32,000 bases of DNA. It comes from Mycolicibacterium smegmatis (GTDB taxonomy: Bacteria; Actinomycetota; Actinomycetes; Mycobacteriales; Mycobacteriaceae). The notes under the pieces were generated by a model. The model saw only the letters and a program-made list of their open reading frames with translations. It made no database searches and was not told the DNA's origin. The stretch lies in contig NZ_LN831039.1 in the NCBI RefSeq assembly GCF_001457595.1, positions 3,090,001 through 3,122,000 on the forward strand, read 5' to 3'. How positions within the stretch are numbered: the first letter of the stretch is position 1; each line of letters starts with the position of its first letter. Shown one piece after another: positions 1 to 8,676 of this stretch. The translations under genes and the position numbers were made by a program.

Positions 1-1
1 C

Positions 2-844
2 CAGGAACGCGTCAACGAGGGATCGTTCGACGTCGTCGACATCGCCACGGGCTCTTCGGGTCTGCTCAACCTGCCCGACGACTACGTCAGCACCGACACC
101 CCGTCGGCCGGCATCGAACAGCTCATCTTCGCGCCGCGCGGCCCGCTCGGTGCTCCTGACGCCCGTCGCGCGGTGGCGCTGTGCACACCGCGCGACGTGA
201 TCGCCCGCAACGCCGAGATGCCGATCGCCAACGCGCGGCTGAGCCCGGCCTCGGAGGATGCGTTCAGCGTGGCCGAGGGCGCCGCGGAAGGCGGCCGGTT
301 CAGCGTCGCCAACCCCGACGCCGCCCGCGACGCGCTCGACAACCGGCCGCTCACGGTCCGCATCGGCTACCAGACCCCGAACGCGCGGCTCGCCGCGATC
401 GTCGGGGCCATCGCGAAAGCCTGTGCGCCTGCGGGCATCACGGTGCAGGACGCCGGCTCGGAGACCGCGGGCCCGATCGCGCTGCGCAACAACGAGATCG
501 ACGCACTGCTCGCGAGCACGGGAGGCGCTGCGGGCGCGGGTTCGTCGGGGTCGTCGGCGATCGACGCCTACACCCTGCACGTCGGCAACGGAAACAACCT
601 GCCGAACTACAACAACGAGCGGATCGACGGCATCATCGACGCGCTCGCGGTCACCTCCGACCCCAAGGAACTGGCCCGACTGCTGGGTGAGGGCGCACCG
701 ATCCTGTGGAACGACGTGCCCACCCTGCCGTTGTACCGCCAGCAGCGCACGGTGCTCACGTCCAACAAGATGTACGCGGTGAGCGGCAACCCGACCCGGT
801 GGGGTGCGGGCTGGAACATGGACCGGTGGAAGTTGTCGAAATGA
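2..844 (+). CDS. ABC-transporter substrate-binding protein, family 5 (peptide/nickel type), C-terminal part; the 5' end lies outside the window
   Basis: The frame of track ORF 173..844 stays open back to nt 2 ([29 protein letters not shown]...). The C-terminal sequence is SBP-family-5-like (...[26 protein letters not shown]...). It lies immediately upstream of apt-relA, as I recall for the mycobacterial lipoprotein gene at this position. Confidence 0.7.
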   Translation, partial: QERVNEGSFDVVDIATGSSGLLNLPDDYVSTDTPSAGIEQLIFAPRGPLGAPDARRAVALCTPRDVIARNAEMPIANARLSPASEDAFSVAEGAAEGGRFSVANPDAARDALDNRPLTVRIGYQTPNARLAAIVGAIAKACAPAGITVQDAGSETAGPIALRNNEIDALLASTGGAAGAGSSGSSAIDAYTLHVGNGNNLPNYNNERIDGIIDALAVTSDPKELARLLGEGAPILWNDVPTLPLYRQQRTVLTSNKMYAVSGNPTRWGAGWNMDRWKLSK

Positions 845-851
845 CGTTCAA

Positions 852-1394
852 ATGACCCAGCACCACGACACGGCCGAGGTGTCGCGGGTGATCGCGACGC
901 TCACCCGCGAGGTCGCCGACTTCCCCGAACCGGGCATCCAGTTCAAGGACCTCACGCCGCTTCTCGCCGATGCGCGCGGTCTGCGCGTGGTCACCGACGC
1001 GCTGGCCGACATCGCCTCGGGCGCGGATCTGGTCGCGGGTCTGGATGCGCGCGGTTTCCTGCTGGGCGCGGCGGTGGCCACCCGGCTGGGCACCGGTGTG
1101 CTGGCGGTCCGCAAGGGCGGCAAGCTGCCGCCTCCGGTCCACGGAGCGACGTACCAATTGGAGTACGGCACGGCGACCCTGGAGATCCCCGCCGAAGGAA
1201 TTGACATCGCCGGGCGCAACGTTGTGATCATCGACGATGTGCTCGCCACCGGCGGGACGCTGGCCGCGGCGGCCAGGCTGCTCGGCGACTGTGGCGCCAA
1301 CGTGACCGGCGCCGGAGTGGTTCTCGAGCTCGAAGCCCTCCGCGGACGCGAAGCGGTGGCACCATTGGGCGTACGAAGCCTGCACATCATCTGA
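852..1394 (+). CDS. apt: Adenine phosphoribosyltransferase
   Basis: Part of track ORF 804..1394. An internal ATG at 852 (MTQHHD...) follows the upstream stop by 8 nt. It has the PRPP-binding loop [13 protein letters not shown], is about 180 aa, and sits in the conserved position before relA. Confidence 0.9.
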   Translation: MTQHHDTAEVSRVIATLTREVADFPEPGIQFKDLTPLLADARGLRVVTDALADIASGADLVAGLDARGFLLGAAVATRLGTGVLAVRKGGKLPPPVHGATYQLEYGTATLEIPAEGIDIAGRNVVIIDDVLATGGTLAAAARLLGDCGANVTGAGVVLELEALRGREAVAPLGVRSLHII

Positions 1395-1437
1395 GGGATA
1401 TCCTCGAATTCGGGTTGCTGGGCAGGAGGTGACAACC

Positions 1438-3831
1438 ATGGTCGACGAGCCAGGCAAGGGTCAGGCCGTGCAGTCTCCTCCCGCGGTGCCCGAAACCGTG
1501 CCCAAACCCCCGTCCGGCACGGCACCGACGACCACACCGGCGGCTCCGTCGACGTCGTCGGAGACCGCACGTATCAGCGCCTCGCGTCGCGTGCGCGCCC
1601 GGCTGGCGCGCAGGATGACCGCGCAGCGCAGTGCGATCAACCCGGTGCTCGAACCGCTGGTCGCCGTGCACCGCGAGATCTACCCGAAGGCCGATCTGCA
1701 GCTGTTGCAGCGGGCCTACGAGGTGGCCGAGAAACGCCACGCCGACCAGTTGCGCAAGTCCGGTGACCCCTACATCACGCATCCGCTGGCGGTCGCGAAC
1801 ATCCTGGCCGAGCTCGGCATGGACACCACCACGCTGGTGGCCGCGCTGCTGCACGACACCGTCGAGGACACGGGCTACAGCCTGGAGGCGCTGACCGCCG
1901 ACTTCGGCAGCGAGGTCGGGCACCTCGTCGACGGTGTGACCAAGCTGGACAAGGTCGTGCTGGGTTCGGCGGCCGAGGGCGAGACCATCCGCAAGATGAT
2001 CATCGCGATGGCCCGCGACCCACGCGTGCTGGTGATCAAGGTGGCCGACCGGCTGCACAACATGCGCACCATGCGGTTCCTGCCGCCCGAGAAGCAGGCC
2101 CGCAAGGCCCGCGAGACGCTGGAAGTCATTGCCCCACTTGCCCATCGCCTGGGTATGGCGACGGTCAAATGGGAGTTGGAGGACCTCGCGTTCGCGATCC
2201 TGCACCCCAAGAAGTACGAGGAGATCGTGCGGCTGGTCGCCGACCGGGCGCCGTCGCGTGACACCTATCTGGCGAAGGTGCGCGCCGAGATCGGCGTGGC
2301 GCTGAGCGCCATGAAGATCAACGCGGTGGTCGAGGGCAGGCCCAAGCACTACTGGTCCATCTACCAGAAGATGATCGTCAAGGGCCGCGACTTCGACGAC
2401 ATCCATGACCTGGTCGGCGTGCGGATCCTGTGCGACGAGATCCGTGACTGCTACGCCGCGGTGGGCGTCGTGCACTCGCTGTGGCAGCCCATGGCCGGGC
2501 GGTTCAAGGACTACATCGCCCAGCCGCGCTACGGCGTGTACCAGTCGCTGCACACCACCGTCGTCGGCCCGGAGGGCAAACCGCTCGAGGTGCAGATCCG
2601 CACCCGCGAGATGCACCGCACCGCCGAGTACGGCATCGCCGCGCACTGGCGTTACAAGGAGGCCAAGGGCCGCAACGGTGTTCCGCACAGCCACGCCGCG
2701 GCCGAGATCGACGACATGGCGTGGATGCGGCAACTGCTCGACTGGCAGCGGGAGGCCGCCGACCCCGGTGAGTTCCTGGAGTCGCTGCGCTACGACCTCG
2801 CCACGCAGGAGATCTTCGTGTTCACGCCGAAGGGTGACGTGATCACGCTGCCCGCCGGATCCACACCCGTCGACTTCGCCTACGCCGTGCACACCGAGGT
2901 GGGCCATCGCTGCATAGGCGCGCGGGTCAACGGCAGGCTCGTGGCGCTGGAACGCAAGCTCGAGAACGGCGAGGTGGTCGAGGTGTTCACCTCGAAGGCG
3001 CCCAACGCCGGGCCGTCGCGGGACTGGCAGGGCTTCGTGGTGTCGCCGCGGGCCAAGACCAAGATCCGGCAGTGGTTCGCCAAGGAGCGCCGCGAGGAGG
3101 CGCTCGAATCCGGCAAGGACGCCATCGCCCGCGAGGTGCGTCGCGGCGGACTTCCGTTGCAGCGCTTGATGAATGCCGAAACCATGGGCGCACTCGCCCG
3201 CGAGCTGCGCTACCAGGACGTCTCGGCGCTCTACACCGCGGTCGGCGAGGGCCATGTGTCGGCGCGGCACGTCGTGCAACGCCTGCTGGCGCAGTTCGGT
3301 GGCGACGACGCCGCCGAGGACGAACTCGCCGAGCGGTCCACCCCGGCGACCATGCCGATGCGCCAGCGCAGCAACGACGACACGGGCGTGGCGGTGCCGG
3401 GTGCCCCGGGCGTGCTGACCAAGCTGGCCAAATGCTGCACCCCGGTGCCGGGTGACACCATCATGGGCTTCGTCACCCGCGGCGGGGGAGTCAGCGTGCA
3501 CCGCACCGACTGCACCAACGCCGAGTCACTGCAACAGCAGTCCGAACGCATCATCGAGGTGAACTGGGCGCCGTCGCCGTCGTCGGTGTTCCTGGTCGCC
3601 ATCCAGGTCGAGGCGCTCGACCGGCACCGCCTGCTCTCCGACGTCACGCGCGTGCTTGCCGACGAGAAGGTGAACATCCTGTCGGCGTCGGTGACCACGT
3701 CCAACGACCGGGTGGCCATCAGCCGGTTCACGTTCGAGATGGGCGACCCGAAGCACCTCGGCCACCTGCTGAGCGTCGTGCGCAACGTCGAGGGCGTCTA
3801 CGACGTGTACCGCGTCACCAGCGCGGCCTGA
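1438..3831 (+). CDS. relA: Bifunctional (p)ppGpp synthetase/hydrolase Rel/RelA
   Basis: Track ORF 1429..3831. HD hydrolase motif LLHDTVEDT; synthetase core [36 protein letters not shown]; TGS segment [26 protein letters not shown]; C-terminal ACT-like segment. I prefer the ATG at 1438 because GGAGGT (1425-1430) lies 7 nt upstream; GTG 1429 is the alternative. Confidence 0.95.
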   Translation: MVDEPGKGQAVQSPPAVPETVPKPPSGTAPTTTPAAPSTSSETARISASRRVRARLARRMTAQRSAINPVLEPLVAVHREIYPKADLQLLQRAYEVAEKRHADQLRKSGDPYITHPLAVANILAELGMDTTTLVAALLHDTVEDTGYSLEALTADFGSEVGHLVDGVTKLDKVVLGSAAEGETIRKMIIAMARDPRVLVIKVADRLHNMRTMRFLPPEKQARKARETLEVIAPLAHRLGMATVKWELEDLAFAILHPKKYEEIVRLVADRAPSRDTYLAKVRAEIGVALSAMKINAVVEGRPKHYWSIYQKMIVKGRDFDDIHDLVGVRILCDEIRDCYAAVGVVHSLWQPMAGRFKDYIAQPRYGVYQSLHTTVVGPEGKPLEVQIRTREMHRTAEYGIAAHWRYKEAKGRNGVPHSHAAAEIDDMAWMRQLLDWQREAADPGEFLESLRYDLATQEIFVFTPKGDVITLPAGSTPVDFAYAVHTEVGHRCIGARVNGRLVALERKLENGEVVEVFTSKAPNAGPSRDWQGFVVSPRAKTKIRQWFAKERREEALESGKDAIAREVRRGGLPLQRLMNAETMGALARELRYQDVSALYTAVGEGHVSARHVVQRLLAQFGGDDAAEDELAERSTPATMPMRQRSNDDTGVAVPGAPGVLTKLAKCCTPVPGDTIMGFVTRGGGVSVHRTDCTNAESLQQQSERIIEVNWAPSPSSVFLVAIQVEALDRHRLLSDVTRVLADEKVNILSASVTTSNDRVAISRFTFEMGDPKHLGHLLSVVRNVEGVYDVYRVTSAA

Positions 3832-3843
3832 TCGAGCGGTTCG

Positions 3844-3875
3844 GCGTCGCCGCCGGCCGGGGCCGGCGGCGACGC
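3844..3875. terminator. GC-rich hairpin between convergent relA and the MFS gene; candidate bidirectional terminator
   Basis: gcgtcgccgccgg-ccgggg-ccggcggcgacgc forms a 13-bp perfect stem. It sits 13 nt after the relA stop and 11 nt after the MFS stop. There is no clear U-tract, which is common in mycobacteria. Confidence 0.55.
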
Positions 3876-3885
3876 GCCGCGATGG

Positions 3886-5307
3886 TCATGCGTCCACGGG
3901 AGCCGACCGGGTGTCCGGTGCGGTGAGACGCGTGGCGGCCGAGGTCTCCGACAACGCGCGGCCGCGCGTCTCCTCGCCGAGCACGAGCGTGACCAGCAGG
4001 CCGACGACGTTGACCCCCGCGAGCAGCCACATCACCCCGCCGAGTCCGGTGCCGCTGAGCACGAGCGGCAACACGAAGGTGCTGACCGCCGAACCGACGC
4101 GGCTGATCGCGACGACGGTCCCCGTGGCACTCGCACGCACCGACGTGGGGAAAAGCTCGTTGGGGTAGATGATCTCGATGAAATTGCAGGCTCCGGACGT
4201 GACGGCATAGAGCGCCAGCAGTGCGAACAGGATCTGCGCGGGCGCACCCGGCACCACGGCCATCGCGATGAACGCCGCGCTCATCACGGCAAAGGTCCAC
4301 AGCAGCAGGGGCTTTCGGCCGATCCTGTCGACCAGGAGCAGCCCGGGGACCCCGCCGACCAGGAACAGCAGGCTGATCACCAGTTCCGCGACGTACACGT
4401 GGTGGGAGCCGTGTGCACCGACACCCATCTCCCGCAGGATGTCCGGGCCGAACGTGTACACCGCGAACAGCGGGATCACGTGGGCGGTGAAGAACACCCC
4501 GACGAAGACCACCCTGCGCAGGTAGATCCCCCGGAACAGCGCGGTGAACGGGGTATGCGCGGGTTCGGCCGGGATCATGGCGATGTCGGCGTCGTTGCCC
4601 CACACCTTGCGGCACACGCGCTGCGCCTCCTCGGTGCGCCCCCGGCTGAGCAGCCACCTGGGCGATTCGGGAGTTCCGGCCCGCAGCATCAGGGTGACGA
4701 CACCGAACACCGCGGGACTTGCCAGCATCCACCGCCAGGCGTCCGGGCCCATCGTCGACAGCGCCCAGCCCACGCCGGCGGCAGCGGCGGCACCTCCGGC
4801 CCACACGACGAACAGTGCGCCCAGCAGCCGGCCACGGTAGCGGCTCGGGATGAACTCCGCGAGCAGCGAACTGGCGATGGGATAGTCGGCGCCGATGGCC
4901 ACGCCGAGCAGGAAACGCAGCGCGACCAGTTGCCACACCTCGGTCGCGAACGCCGATGCGATCGACACCACGACGAGCATGGTGAGGTCGGCGATGTACA
5001 TGACTTTGCGGCCGACCCGATCGGTGACATAGCCGAACACCAGACCGCCGACGAAGATCCCGATCAGCGCCGAGGCGCCCACCAGACCCACATCGACAGT
5101 GCTCATGTCCAGCGCGGGCACCATGCTGATCAGCGCGATGCCGATGATCGTGAGGGCGAAGCCGTCCAGGAACGGCCCGCCCGCCGAGAACACGGTGAGC
5201 CGCTTGTGGAACGCGGTGAGTGGTCGGTCGTCTATGGGTACGTGGCTGGGTACATGGCCGGGTACATGGCGGGGGCTGGACACGGTGTGTGGCTGGTGTG
5301 CGGACAC
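3886..5307 (-). CDS. MFS transporter, sugar-porter family
   Basis: 473-aa ORF with about 12 hydrophobic spans. It has MFS motif A (GYVTDRVGRKVM) and the sugar-porter signature PESPRWL. Its GTG start shares 1 nt with the TAG stop of the upstream flavin reductase gene (minus strand reads TAGTG). Confidence 0.85.
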   Translation of the reverse strand: MSAHQPHTVSSPRHVPGHVPSHVPIDDRPLTAFHKRLTVFSAGGPFLDGFALTIIGIALISMVPALDMSTVDVGLVGASALIGIFVGGLVFGYVTDRVGRKVMYIADLTMLVVVSIASAFATEVWQLVALRFLLGVAIGADYPIASSLLAEFIPSRYRGRLLGALFVVWAGGAAAAAGVGWALSTMGPDAWRWMLASPAVFGVVTLMLRAGTPESPRWLLSRGRTEEAQRVCRKVWGNDADIAMIPAEPAHTPFTALFRGIYLRRVVFVGVFFTAHVIPLFAVYTFGPDILREMGVGAHGSHHVYVAELVISLLFLVGGVPGLLLVDRIGRKPLLLWTFAVMSAAFIAMAVVPGAPAQILFALLALYAVTSGACNFIEIIYPNELFPTSVRASATGTVVAISRVGSAVSTFVLPLVLSGTGLGGVMWLLAGVNVVGLLVTLVLGEETRGRALSETSAATRLTAPDTRSAPVDA

Positions 5308-5918
5308 TACATCTCCTGTTGATGGGTGGTGAGTGGTTGCAGCCGGGCGAAATCGGCAGCGGTTCGGGCGACGGGATCGAGCAGGGCGGTGTTCACCCGT
5401 CCCGCGGGATCCAGCACGGACGAGTCGAGGTGGAAGGCGACGACCTCGCCGATGATCAACCGGTCACTGCCGGGCTGCACCGTGGTGTGCAGGCGGCATT
5501 CCAGGCTGATCGGGGTCTCGGCGATCCGCGGCGGTCGCACGTGCCGGCACGGCGCGGGGGTCAGGCCCGCGAGTGCGAACTCGTCGACCGCCGGATCGAC
5601 CTGCGCGCTGGTGAGATCGACCGCGGGTGCCATCGCGGCCGGAGCGATGTTGACCACGAATTCCCCTGTCGCGGCGATGTTCGCGGCGCTGTCCTTGAGC
5701 CGGCCGTCGGGTTGGTACTCGACACTCAACAGCACCATGGGCGGCTGCGAGGACACGACCGTGAAGAAACTGAACGGCGCGAGGTTGGGAATCCCGTCGG
5801 GGCTGACGGTCGATGTCCAGGCGACGGGGCGGGGTACGACAGCCGCCTTCAGCAGCCCGAATGCCTTGCGTGTGGTCAGCTCGCCGGCATCGACGACCGT
5901 GATGTCCGAGCAGTGCAT
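5307..5918 (-). CDS. Flavin reductase-like FMN-binding domain protein
   Basis: Part of track ORF 5307..6023. An internal ATG at 5918 (MHCSDITVVD...) is preceded by GAGGAG. It shows Flavin_Reduct-type motifs VVPRPVAWTST and NLAPFSFF. Confidence 0.8.
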   Translation of the reverse strand: MHCSDITVVDAGELTTRKAFGLLKAAVVPRPVAWTSTVSPDGIPNLAPFSFFTVVSSQPPMVLLSVEYQPDGRLKDSAANIAATGEFVVNIAPAAMAPAVDLTSAQVDPAVDEFALAGLTPAPCRHVRPPRIAETPISLECRLHTTVQPGSDRLIIGEVVAFHLDSSVLDPAGRVNTALLDPVARTAADFARLQPLTTHQQEM

Positions 5919-5976
5919 GGTTCTCCTCTGCGTGGTGGTGGTCGGCAACGCTAGGTGTGTTCCGGCACGCCAGGTA

Positions 5977-5990
5977 TGGAGATATCTCCA
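5977..5990. promoter_or_regulatory. Perfect 14-bp palindrome TGGAGATATCTCCA in the divergent promoter region; candidate operator or RNA hairpin
   Basis: Read directly from the sequence. It is an AT-rich centre in a GC-rich 140-bp region between the flavin reductase start (5918, minus strand) and the DUF1989 gene (about 6059, plus strand). Confidence 0.4.
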
Positions 5991-6058
5991 CTCGGTCCGG
6001 GGATGTGATGGATGTTCCGACATTGGGAGCCGGACGCGAAGTCCGTTGTATGGATGTC

Positions 6059-6679
6059 ATGGAGTTGATGAACACGACGACCGTGGTGGCCGCGGGAACG
6101 GGCCGCGCGGTCGTCCTGGACAAAGGTGACCGCGTCCGGGTGATCGATGTCGAAGGCGCTCAGGTAGGGGACGTATTCGCTTTTGCGGCAGGGGATCCCG
6201 ACGAGTACCTGAGTGCGTCGCATACCCGCACGGTCACCGGCCGGCTGTTCCCCGCGGTCGGGGAGCACTTCGTCACCAACCGGCGGCGACCGATCCTCAG
6301 ACTCGTCGCCGACACCTCACCGGGCGTGCACGACATGCTCATCGCGGCCTGCGACCGGGAGCGCTACCGGTTGCTCGGGGCCCCGGAACACCGCTCGTGC
6401 GCCGACAATCTGCGTGAGGCGCTCGCCGGGATCGGTGTCGGTGTCGGTGTCGTGCCGCAGCCGGTCAACATCTTCATGAACATCCCGGTGACAGACGGCG
6501 GGCACCTGTCCTGGCTGCCCGCGGTGAGCCGAGCCGGTGACGCGGTGACGTTCGAGGCCGACATGGACTGCGTCGTCGTGGTGTCGGCGTGCCCGATGGA
6601 TCTCAACGCCATCAACGGCGAGCGTGTCACCGACCTGGCCCTCGAACTCATCCCGACCTCGAAAGAAGTGAACGCATGA
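6059..6679 (+). CDS. DUF1989 family protein (urea-carboxylase-associated / carboxyguanidine-deiminase-like family)
   Basis: Part of track ORF 5957..6679. The sequence ...AGTGRAVVLDKGDRVRVIDVEGAQVGDVFAF...HDMLIAACD...NIFMN... is typical of DUF1989. The start is uncertain (ATG 6050, 6059 or 6068). The stop overlaps the next start (ATGA at 6676-6679). Confidence 0.75.
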   Translation: MELMNTTTVVAAGTGRAVVLDKGDRVRVIDVEGAQVGDVFAFAAGDPDEYLSASHTRTVTGRLFPAVGEHFVTNRRRPILRLVADTSPGVHDMLIAACDRERYRLLGAPEHRSCADNLREALAGIGVGVGVVPQPVNIFMNIPVTDGGHLSWLPAVSRAGDAVTFEADMDCVVVVSACPMDLNAINGERVTDLALELIPTSKEVNA

Positions 6680-7809
6680 CCAACACCCATCCCGCACTGA
6701 CCTCCGTACGCCTCGGCGGCCTCAAGCTCGACAACCGATTCGCCGTCGCGCCCATGACCAGGGTGTCCGCGACCGCCGACGGCGCCCCGACCGACGCGAT
6801 GGCCGGCTATTACGCCGAATTCGCCCGCGGCGGTTTCGGTTTGGTGATCACCGAGGGCACCTACACCGACACCACCCACAGCCAGGGCTACCTCAACCAG
6901 CCGGGACTGGCCACCGACGCCCACGCTGCCGGTTGGCGGCCCGTGACCGACGCCGTACACGCCGCAGGCGTGCCGATCGTCGCGCAACTCATGCACGCGG
7001 GCGCGTTGTCGCAGGGGAACTCCCACGGCGTGGAGACCATCGCGCCGTCGGCGGTGGCACCGCGCGGCACGATGCTCGAAGAGTACGGCGGAGCGGGCAC
7101 CTGGCCCACGCCGCGTGAGATGAGTGCCGCCGACATCGACGCCGCGATCGCGGGCTTCGTCGACGCCGCTGTCCGTGCCCGCGCCGCGGGGTTCGACGGC
7201 GTCGAGATCCACGCTGCCAACGGGTATCTGCTCGACCAGTTCCTCACCACCTACACCAACCACCGCACCGATGAGTACGGCGGCACCGTCGCCCACCGGA
7301 TCCGCCTCGCCGCGCAGATCTCCGCGGCCGTCCGCACCGCGGTGGGCGCGGATTTCCTGGTGGGTGTGCGCCTGTCTCAGACCAAGGTCAACGACTTCGA
7401 GTACCGGTGGCCCGGGGGAGCACAGGACGCCGAGGTGATCTTCACCGCGCTGGCCGCAACCGGGATCGACTACCTGCACATCGCCAGTGAGGGACGCGAT
7501 TTCATCGACGGGGCCCGCCTCGACGACGGCCGCACCATCACGGCGCTGGCACGCCAGGTCACCGGTCTGCCCGTCATCGCCAACGGCGGGATGCACGACA
7601 CGACGCAGGCGGCCGGCGTGCTCGACGGCGGTCACGCCGACGTGCTGTCGATCGGGCGCGGTGCGCTGGCCAATCCGGATCTGCCACAGCGGGTTTCCTC
7701 CGGAGCCCCACTGGAGCGGTTCGACCACGGCATGCTCTCGCCCATGGCGACCATCGTCAACGCCGCCGCGTGGACGGCCGCCCGCCACCGCGAACGGGTG
7801 CCGCGGTGA
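6676..7809 (+). CDS. NADH:flavin oxidoreductase, Old Yellow Enzyme family
   Basis: Part of track ORF 6589..7809. The internal ATG at 6676 (MTNTHPALTS...) overlaps the upstream stop. OYE motifs are present: FAVAPMTR and GVEIHAANGYLLDQFL. Confidence 0.85.
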   Translation: MTNTHPALTSVRLGGLKLDNRFAVAPMTRVSATADGAPTDAMAGYYAEFARGGFGLVITEGTYTDTTHSQGYLNQPGLATDAHAAGWRPVTDAVHAAGVPIVAQLMHAGALSQGNSHGVETIAPSAVAPRGTMLEEYGGAGTWPTPREMSAADIDAAIAGFVDAAVRARAAGFDGVEIHAANGYLLDQFLTTYTNHRTDEYGGTVAHRIRLAAQISAAVRTAVGADFLVGVRLSQTKVNDFEYRWPGGAQDAEVIFTALAATGIDYLHIASEGRDFIDGARLDDGRTITALARQVTGLPVIANGGMHDTTQAAGVLDGGHADVLSIGRGALANPDLPQRVSSGAPLERFDHGMLSPMATIVNAAAWTAARHRERVPR

Positions 7810-8672
7810 GCGCGCCGTGGCATCACGGTGCGGCCGCCGTGGCGACGCTGACGTTCGACGTCGACGCCGAGACCCCGATCCTCGCCGAGGGACGTCACCA
7901 CGCCGACAACCTGATGACGATGTCGCATCAGGCGTACGGCCCCGAGGTGGGCGTGCCCCGGATCCTGGATCTGCTCGACGATCTCGGCGTCGGAGCCACG
8001 TTCTTCATCCCGGGTTGGGTCGCCGAGCACCGGCCGCATCTGGCGGCGTCGGTCGTCGAGCGTGGCCACGAGGTCGCGCACCACTCCTACAGCCACCGGT
8101 CGCCGGCCGGTATGACCGCGGCCGAGGAACGGGCCGACTTCGAGCGCGCGCTGGCGGTTTTCGACGCGCAGGGGATCACGGTCGCGGGCCACCGCGCCGC
8201 GATGTGGGGCGCCACGTGGCAGACACCGGCGCTGGTCGCCGAGTACGGCCTGAGCTACGACTCGTCACTGATGGGCGACGACCGGCCCTACCGGATCGCC
8301 ACGCCCGCAGGGGACATCGTCGAACTTCCCGTGCACTGGTCACTCGACGACTGGGAGCAGTACGCGTACCTTCCGGAGCCGCACATCGGATCGGTGATCG
8401 AATCGCCGGTCAAGGTCGAACAGATGTGGCGCGCGGAACTCGACGGTATGCGCCACTACCGCAGCCTGTTCAACGTGTGCATGCACCCGTTTCTCTCGGG
8501 ACGGCCCGGTCGCATGCTGGCGCTGCGGCGCTTCATCGAATACGCCCTGGAATGCGGTGATGTCACGTTCGCGCGCTGCGGTGACGTCGCGGCCGCGGTG
8601 CGCCGCGATCCCGACCTCGCACCGCGCACGCTCGTGCCGCCCACCGTGGACGCCGATACCTATCCGGTGTGA
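7806..8672 (+). CDS. Polysaccharide deacetylase (NodB-fold) family hydrolase
   Basis: Part of track ORF 7770..8672. GTG 7806 overlaps the upstream TGA (GTGA). NodB motifs are present: TFDVDAE and HHSYSH. The fold is shared with PuuE-type allantoinases. Confidence 0.8.
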   Translation: MSAPWHHGAAAVATLTFDVDAETPILAEGRHHADNLMTMSHQAYGPEVGVPRILDLLDDLGVGATFFIPGWVAEHRPHLAASVVERGHEVAHHSYSHRSPAGMTAAEERADFERALAVFDAQGITVAGHRAAMWGATWQTPALVAEYGLSYDSSLMGDDRPYRIATPAGDIVELPVHWSLDDWEQYAYLPEPHIGSVIESPVKVEQMWRAELDGMRHYRSLFNVCMHPFLSGRPGRMLALRRFIEYALECGDVTFARCGDVAAAVRRDPDLAPRTLVPPTVDADTYPV

Positions 8673-8676
8673 TGCG

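Noticed and set aside
1387-3501. 704-aa minus-strand ORF antisense to relA. Similar long antisense or out-of-frame ORFs occur at 6364..7788(-), 14268..16004(-), 18033..19502(+), 19993..21000(+), 24258..25316(+), 26534..27790(+), 27897..29267(-) and 30147..31406(-).
   Set aside because: Their translations are Arg/Gly/His/Pro-rich low-complexity sequences with no recognisable domains. Each lies opposite to, or out of frame with, a gene that has clear family motifs. These are the classic shadow ORFs of high-GC genomes.
6434-6451. Three GGTGTC hexamer repeats (encoding GVGVGV) inside the DUF1989 gene.
   Set aside because: It is a short in-frame coding repeat in a probable loop, and nothing suggests a function beyond a minor slippage tract.
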